32,000 nucleotides of DNA, taken from the NCBI RefSeq assembly GCF_000179635.2, contig NC_014833.1:930001-962000 (forward strand), in the 5' to 3' direction. Made by a program: the position numbers and the translations under genes. Origin of the DNA: Ruminococcus albus 7 = DSM 20455. GTDB taxonomy: Bacteria > Bacillota > Clostridia > Oscillospirales > Ruminococcaceae. Shown piece after piece: positions 26,639 through 32,000 of this stretch; the first letter of the stretch is position 1, and each line of letters opens with the position of its first letter. Under the pieces are notes generated by a model that saw only the letters and a program-made list of their open reading frames with translations, ran no database searches and had not been told where the DNA came from.

Positions 26639-26807
26639 GGCTGTTGCAGCCGCAGCCCCCATCTAACCATATCCGAACATCAAAGTAAAAAAACATAATT
26701 TCTGGTGAAATAAGCTGTTTCAGAGCGCACACCCCCAAGCCCTCTTCAAAAAAGAGGACTCGGGGGTGTTATGTTCTGCTGGTTTTTATGCCGTTTTCAG
26801 TTCAAAA
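26639..26807. repeat. ~168-bp intergenic repeat, copy B (inverted relative to copy A)
   Basis: Reverse complement aligns to 13387-13554. Confidence 0.9.
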
Positions 26808-27111
26808 GCTGAAGTTCGGGGTAGAATGCAATGGTGAACCTGTAAATATAGAGATCAGTCCGATTAGGGCATGGATCTCTGGTGATGGATATAATGCTCC
26901 GTTTGGAGATAAAAAGCCCGAACTGATCCTGAATTATAAGGATGGAGAAACAGTCGAACTCGAATTTGATGAAACCAGCGGCTTGAGTTGGGGCTCAGCC
27001 GATGACTGGCATCAATACTGGCGGACTGAAGGTAAAACCAATGAACCGATAGATATAGATAACATCGAAAGCATTGTTTTTGAGGGCATGACTATAAGTG
27101 TAGATAAATAA
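26788..27111 (+). CDS. Hypothetical 107-aa protein; its start codon lies inside repeat copy B (possible gene remnant)
   Basis: ORF with no RBS. The first 7 codons are repeat sequence. A hairpin terminator follows it. Confidence 0.35.
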   Translation: MPFSVQKLKFGVECNGEPVNIEISPIRAWISGDGYNAPFGDKKPELILNYKDGETVELEFDETSGLSWGSADDWHQYWRTEGKTNEPIDIDNIESIVFEGMTISVDK

Positions 27112-27115
27112 AATG

Positions 27116-27141
27116 TTCGGCGTACCTTCGGGTGCGCCGAA
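27116..27141 (+). terminator. Hairpin TTCGGCGTACC-TTCG-GGTGCGCCGAA
   Basis: 11-bp stem with one mismatch, a TTCG tetraloop and a weak U-run. Confidence 0.5.
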
Positions 27142-27421
27142 ATTCTTGAAATCATTAGTGTTATATAGAAACTTGAAATACTTGGCGGTCATTATATGGT
27201 CAACTTGACCCGTGGTCGCATATTGTATAATGTAAAAAATAAGATATTGCCGTCATGCTTGTATAACGTCTCAAAATATGTTATAATAAAAGTGTTATAC
27301 TGAAAGAGCCGCCCGAAAACACCTGTAGATCAGGTATAGTGAAATCAATACGAGGTATGTCTATTGATGAATACATAAAGGATCGGTACATAAGTTAAAA
27401 CTGAAAATACAGGAGACAATT

Positions 27422-29206
27422 ATGAAAAAACATATATTGATACTAACAGCGTTCAGCCTTCTGCTTACAGGCTGTGGAAAGATAAATACCGGAAATGCAG
27501 ACAGATCCGGCAGGCAAGACAGTGAGAGTCTTATTACGGATAGTAAAAAAACAAGCGAAAGAAATGATATTTCTGTAGTTGAAAATGTTCAGGCAAGGAC
27601 ATCATCAAAGAACCTGTTCGGTGATGATCTTTGCTGCAGGATCCCTGATGCAAAAGAGCTTTATGCCTTTGTGACAGGGGTGATGGATGATTCAGAAAAG
27701 TTCGATGCCGCGGCAAATGATAAAATACTTTCTGTAGGCTTTAAGACCGCAGAAGGAGAGTATCTGCTCTCTTATTCTGCCGATGATGTTTTTGCATGGG
27801 CGGAGCGCTCGACATCTGAGGCAACATATTTTAAGCCTGATGACGATACTGCGGTACAGCTTCGGGATATGATGATCGCATATTCGGCACTGGGATATAT
27901 CTTTGAGGATGCTGAATACACAGTCGGTACGGAGCATATCAAGACAAGCTATATTACAGATATCGCAGGATCACTGCCCGACCCTTACTGCGAGACTCGG
28001 TACTATTATCTTGATGATCGTCGGACCACTGCGTTTATTATCCAAACAGACGGCGACGCATTGTTTTATCTGCAAACGACAAGTAGGCGGACTGATGCTG
28101 TGATCGATGACTCGCCATACTATCAGGATGAGGAATTCTATGAGTATTTCACCGATGGCAAAGGCAAGGATTTTTATCGTCCCGAAGGATATGATGTGTT
28201 CTATCCTGCCGAAGAATTTAATGGTGATGTATCGCCGATACCCTTTCCGAAGAGCATTATCGAAAGTGACGAGTATATGTACAGCTTCAATATAGGATCA
28301 GACAGCGATGATCTTACTGTCGAGGTATGGGAAGGTGATGACACAACAGATTATCTTCTTATCTGTAACGGTGAACTGAGGGCGGCATGGAATTTCCGTG
28401 AGGGTGCGGGCATGACCTTTATGAAAGCATATCGCACAGAACAGGTCGCAAGCGGTGAGATAACCGAGATCATCGAGCACGCCGAGCAGCATATGGCAGG
28501 TGATGAAGGAACTAAGCAGGAAAAGAAGCCAAAGGATAACATGGAATGGCTGAAATATGATACTGAAAAGTACGGACTGTTCGATTTGAACGAAGGTGTC
28601 AAGATCGGTCAGGATGTTGAGCCGACTGGTATTGTTGAAGAATGGAGAAACTATATCAGCAGTGCTGATAAACCCTTTACGCTGGAATTCCGCTGGGCAG
28701 GTTCCGGCAGGAACGAGCATCAGATAAGCACCACAGACGGCAATGATTATTACTATCGCAACGATATGGAGATCCATGACGGCGAAGATGACCTGGGCGG
28801 CGAGGAATGGATGGTTGACAACAGATATTTTCAGTCTGTTTATAAAACTAAGGAATATCCTGTGCGTGAAGTGACCGAGTATCCGCTTAGTGATTACGGA
28901 GATAGTCAGCCTAAGCTTGTTACAGATCTGCTTTTTCAGAATGAAAAATACAATGAAGATTACACAGGCAAATGTGAACGTGCCTATGAGGTGACGATCG
29001 CTGATGAAAAGTATATCTGCGAGGAATGGTCACTGTATCTGGGCAGGCTGTGGAAGGTATATATCAAGGACGGAAATATCGTTGCATGGGAAGGCGACTT
29101 CTACGATGAGCCTATTGTAAATACCGTCATCAGGCTTGAAAAAGCGGCTGACAGCAAACTGATACAGGTACCAAAGGACGCAAAACTCCACGGTTTGGAT
29201 GATTAA
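27422..29206 (+). CDS. Large lipoprotein of unknown function
   Basis: MKKHILILTAFSLLLTGCGK gives a signal peptide plus lipobox LLTGC. RBS AGGAGA. Acidic, Tyr/Asp-rich 594 aa with no motif recognised. Confidence 0.75.
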   Translation: MKKHILILTAFSLLLTGCGKINTGNADRSGRQDSESLITDSKKTSERNDISVVENVQARTSSKNLFGDDLCCRIPDAKELYAFVTGVMDDSEKFDAAANDKILSVGFKTAEGEYLLSYSADDVFAWAERSTSEATYFKPDDDTAVQLRDMMIAYSALGYIFEDAEYTVGTEHIKTSYITDIAGSLPDPYCETRYYYLDDRRTTAFIIQTDGDALFYLQTTSRRTDAVIDDSPYYQDEEFYEYFTDGKGKDFYRPEGYDVFYPAEEFNGDVSPIPFPKSIIESDEYMYSFNIGSDSDDLTVEVWEGDDTTDYLLICNGELRAAWNFREGAGMTFMKAYRTEQVASGEITEIIEHAEQHMAGDEGTKQEKKPKDNMEWLKYDTEKYGLFDLNEGVKIGQDVEPTGIVEEWRNYISSADKPFTLEFRWAGSGRNEHQISTTDGNDYYYRNDMEIHDGEDDLGGEEWMVDNRYFQSVYKTKEYPVREVTEYPLSDYGDSQPKLVTDLLFQNEKYNEDYTGKCERAYEVTIADEKYICEEWSLYLGRLWKVYIKDGNIVAWEGDFYDEPIVNTVIRLEKAADSKLIQVPKDAKLHGLDD

Positions 29207-29222
29207 TTTATGATCTGTCGAG

Positions 29223-29726
29223 TCATTCCGCCTGACTTTGTTTATTTGCTTTGCCTTTCTTGTCCTCAATGTCCTGCCTTATCATGAATACTATAATCAG
29301 TACACCGCCTGCCAGCAGATAAATATCTTTCAGATCACTTATCTGCCTGAAAAACAGAATATAATCAAGACTTCCACCCCAAAAGATCTTGTCTATAAGT
29401 GAACAGACTACACCCGATGTGAACATGATCATGGCAGGATCAACCAATTTATTATCATTATACTTTCTTTTAAGATATATATAGAAAGCTATCATCACGA
29501 TCAGAACAATGATATTTATAACATTAAGTACTCCGATCCCCAGACCAAGTCCGAGTTCGTTATTGAATATAGAAAGCTGCTGTGTATTAAGCTTTGGGTG
29601 AAATCCGAAAATGTGCTCTATTTCAAGTCTTGATCTCATAAGCCATTTATCGATCACTATTTTGATGGTTTGGTCAATAATACATAATCCGCTGATCATG
29701 CCAACTCGTTTTAAATTTGTCATCAT
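29223..29726 (-). CDS. Divergent signal peptidase II (LspA)-like membrane protein
   Basis: 167 aa with 4 hydrophobic segments. IIDQTIK (cf. LspA ADQxTK), NTQQLS (cf. NTGAAF), SLIDKIFWGGSLDYI (cf. GNxxDRxxxGxVVDF) and ISDLKD (cf. FNxAD). Both aspartate positions appear retained. Confidence 0.45.
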   Translation of the reverse strand: MMTNLKRVGMISGLCIIDQTIKIVIDKWLMRSRLEIEHIFGFHPKLNTQQLSIFNNELGLGLGIGVLNVINIIVLIVMIAFYIYLKRKYNDNKLVDPAMIMFTSGVVCSLIDKIFWGGSLDYILFFRQISDLKDIYLLAGGVLIIVFMIRQDIEDKKGKANKQSQAE

Positions 29727-29727
29727 T

Positions 29728-29919
29728 TCACTTCTCTCTTTTGAATTTGATAGCGTTCTTGATATTTACTGTACCCGATACCAGACAGCCGATACAAAAC
29801 ATTATCATAACAGGCTTTGGTACAGGTATATCCCTAATGCCTGCAGCAATAAACCAGATGCCGCTTATGATCGTACATATACCGCAGATAAGAATAAGTA
29901 TTTTTATCGTCGTTTTCAT
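29728..29919 (-). CDS. 63-aa two-helix membrane mini-protein
   Basis: GGGAGG RBS. Two hydrophobic helices. Its stop lies 1 nt from the downstream start. Confidence 0.55.
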   Translation of the reverse strand: MKTTIKILILICGICTIISGIWFIAAGIRDIPVPKPVMIMFCIGCLVSGTVNIKNAIKFKREK

Positions 29920-29947
29920 AACTTACCTCCCTATTGATGTTTCTTTA

Positions 29948-30841
29948 TTATTCGTCATCTTTCCATCCATGAACATCTGGAAGATCATTTTTTATAAGTC
30001 CTGTTTCATCTTTGAATACACCGAATGAGTATACATCATAAGAAGGATCCCACGAACTGAAATAGTTGCATACACTTTGTGCAAGTGTCAGTATCATAGG
30101 CAGAGCCTGATTGTGCGTATAACCGTACATAATTGTCTCACCTTCATCAAGATCAACACTTACTCTCCATACTATCCCAAGTCTGTCAAGACGGTCTATT
30201 ATGCTTTGTACCTTTTCTTCGGGGAGATCAAGGCGTTTGGACATAACGTTGACAGAATGCATTTTGTTCCGTCTTCCGCTTCCAAGGTAACTGATGATAC
30301 GTATGGCATCTTCATCAGCCAGTGTTTTCAAAAGACGAGCCATATTCTTTGGTGTAGTAAAATATCCGTTTACTCCGTTTTCGGGATTTTCAAGGTATAT
30401 GAAATATCGCAGGTCAGAGTTAAGGCGTGCAAGTGCTATATCCTGATCAGTCTTTACGCCTGCGTAAGTTTCTTTGTCGTATTTACTGTGCATACGTCCT
30501 GCTTGGTGAAATGAAGGATTATAGGCATATATGATCGAATATAACATCTGCATTACAAATTCGGAGCGCTTTTCAGGTGCAACAGTCTGCACACGGTCAT
30601 GGATAAGCTGAAGTATATCTGTTTCCGGATCACTGTTTTTTGATCCGAAAAGAGAGTCGATCGATGTACCGAGTGCCTTGGCAAGCATGGGAAGTAATTC
30701 AGAATCGGGATAACTTGAATTTTCCCATTTTGATACAGCTTGTGCAGATACATTGAGTTTCTGGGCAAGCATATCCTGTGTAAGTCCAAGTTCTTTTCTG
30801 CGTTTAACAAGATTTTTCCGAAAAACATTTTTTTCATCCAT
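29948..30841 (-). CDS. XRE-family HTH regulator with an additional winged-helix-like C-terminal domain
   Basis: N-terminus LVKRRKELGLTQDMLAQKLNVSAQAVSKWEN (Cro/C1 HTH). C-terminal region IRIISYLGSG..MSKRLDLPEEKVQSIIDRLDRLGIV. Confidence 0.8.
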   Translation of the reverse strand: MDEKNVFRKNLVKRRKELGLTQDMLAQKLNVSAQAVSKWENSSYPDSELLPMLAKALGTSIDSLFGSKNSDPETDILQLIHDRVQTVAPEKRSEFVMQMLYSIIYAYNPSFHQAGRMHSKYDKETYAGVKTDQDIALARLNSDLRYFIYLENPENGVNGYFTTPKNMARLLKTLADEDAIRIISYLGSGRRNKMHSVNVMSKRLDLPEEKVQSIIDRLDRLGIVWRVSVDLDEGETIMYGYTHNQALPMILTLAQSVCNYFSSWDPSYDVYSFGVFKDETGLIKNDLPDVHGWKDDE

Positions 30842-30971
30842 AAACTTACCTCCTGAAGCTTTTTATATATACATTATAACATATATAAAACTCTGTTTCA
30901 ATATTTATTTATGTACAACTGTCAGTTTAGTTTGTTCTACATACAGTTGATATCTATATATAATCGCTCAA

Positions 30972-31000
30972 TTGAACTCAACTATACAGTATGATACAAT
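30972..31000 (+). promoter_or_regulatory. Promoter TTGAAC-17 bp-TACAAT with extended TG for the GH26 gene
   Basis: The -35 overlaps the 8-bp palindrome TCAATTGA (30968-30975). A second TCAATTGA lies at 31064-31071, next to the RBS. Confidence 0.4.
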
Positions 31001-31087
31001 CAAATCATAGGGAGTTAATTGAAGGTGAACTGCGCATTAATGTGCAATATCACCCGGATCAATTCAATTGAGAAAGAGGGTATTTTT

Positions 31088-32000
31088 ATGTGGAAAAAGA
31101 CTTTAGCGTTTACAGCCGCACTCGGAATTCTGTTTCAGACTATTCCATTTTGCACAGCAACAGCTGCTGAAATAAGATATGAAGCAGAAGATGCTGCTCT
31201 GACCGGTAAGCTTGAGTGTATTTCTGAAAGCAGTGCTTCAGGCGGCAAGGTGGTAGGAAAATTTGCTAACAGCGATGATGTGATTACTTTTACGGTGAAT
31301 ATTCCGGCTGATGGAGCTTACGATCTTATCATCAATTCAATGGGCTATGGCGGAGACAAAACGAATAAGATCTCCATCGACGGAACTTATGTAGGCACTT
31401 TTGTAACAAAGGCTGAAGTATATAATGATGCTGTACTCAGTCGTGTTATCATGAAAGCAGGCACACATAAGATTTCTATCACTAAATCATGGGGATGGAT
31501 CGCAGTGGACTATTTAAAGATCATACCTGCCGAAACGATCCCTGATTCCGCATATCAGGTAAGCAAAACGCTCAGTGATCCTAATGCCACAGCAGAAACA
31601 AAAGCACTTTTTTCCTATCTCTGTGACGGTTACGGAAAACAGGTGCTTTCGGGACAGGTGGCTGATGACGGACTTGACAGTAATGAGTTTAAGGCTATAT
31701 ATGAAGTTACAGGCAAAAAGCCTGCCATACTCGGACTTGACATGATGAGATATACTCCGTCAAGAAATGCTTTCGGAGACCCTAATTTCAAAGCAGTTGA
31801 ACGTGCAGTTGATTTTCATAATGAAAACGGCATAGTTACATTCTGCTGGCACTGGAATTCTCCGGGAATGTATCTTAAAAGCGGAAATGATGAAGAAAAT
31901 GGAAATCCGCGCTGGTGGGGCGGCTTTTATACAAGGAATACTACGATTGATATTGAGGCGATCATGAACGGAAAGGACAAAAAGGGACTGGAGGCCATTG
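31088..32000 (+). CDS. Secreted CBM35-like + GH26 beta-mannanase, 5' part (runs off the window)
   Basis: Not in the ORF track because it has no stop. RBS AGAGGG. Signal peptide MWKKTLAFTAALGILFQTIPFCTATAA. CBM-type YEAEDAALTG..GGKVVG..WIAVDYLKI, then GH26-type VLSGQ, ILGLDMMRY and TFCWHW. Confidence 0.65.
   Translation, partial: MWKKTLAFTAALGILFQTIPFCTATAAEIRYEAEDAALTGKLECISESSASGGKVVGKFANSDDVITFTVNIPADGAYDLIINSMGYGGDKTNKISIDGTYVGTFVTKAEVYNDAVLSRVIMKAGTHKISITKSWGWIAVDYLKIIPAETIPDSAYQVSKTLSDPNATAETKALFSYLCDGYGKQVLSGQVADDGLDSNEFKAIYEVTGKKPAILGLDMMRYTPSRNAFGDPNFKAVERAVDFHNENGIVTFCWHWNSPGMYLKSGNDEENGNPRWWGGFYTRNTTIDIEAIMNGKDKKGLEAI

Noticed and set aside
26424-26738. 104-aa minus-strand ORF
   Set aside because: It runs antisense through the 3' end of the cupin gene and across repeat copy B. 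No RBS, and the composition is implausible.
28298-28777. 159-aa minus-strand ORF inside the large lipoprotein gene
   Set aside because: Antisense shadow ORF with no RBS, overlapping a long well-formed + strand ORF that has a lipobox.

Overview
This 32-kb window looks like a low-GC Gram-positive, plant-fibre-degrading Clostridia genome, possibly Ruminococcus-like. That assignment is an inference from GGAGG-type ribosome binding sites (RBS), lipoboxes and the GH43/GH130/GH26 genes. Ordinary content: an HD hydrolase, a Clp ATPase relic, an AraC regulator + LacI-type-sensor/GGDEF cyclase + GH43 cluster, and a MATE exporter. It also holds a GH130 mannoside phosphorylase, an ECF sigma fused to a membrane/extracytoplasmic domain, TetR, SfsA and a cupin. 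The right end carries two orphan lipoproteins, an XRE/mini-TM/LspA-like operon and the 5' part of a CBM35-GH26 mannanase. Roughly a quarter of the window is mobile DNA arranged as two nested insertions. (i) An IS21-family element (2372-8674, 5-bp flanking repeat CCGGT) has its istA split by a 3.46-kb three-tyrosine-recombinase (RIT-type) element with perfect 33-bp inverted repeats and a 6-bp GAGATT junction repeat. (ii) An IS200/IS605-type tnpB-only element, with similar hairpins at 16047 and 18183, is interrupted by an IS1595-family IS. The most unusual gene is 19902-20696(-). It encodes a 264-aa protein whose first 72 residues are an almost canonical eukaryotic ubiquitin (6 substitutions, no GG tail). 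This is fused to a bacterial surface-protein-like module ending in an NPATG sortase-type signal, yet there is no signal peptide. A ~168-bp repeat occurs as an inverted pair (13387-13554 / 26639-26807) bracketing the 13-kb accessory segment that contains that gene. No rRNA, tRNA or CRISPR array was seen. All homology calls come from motif recognition by eye; no database search was possible.
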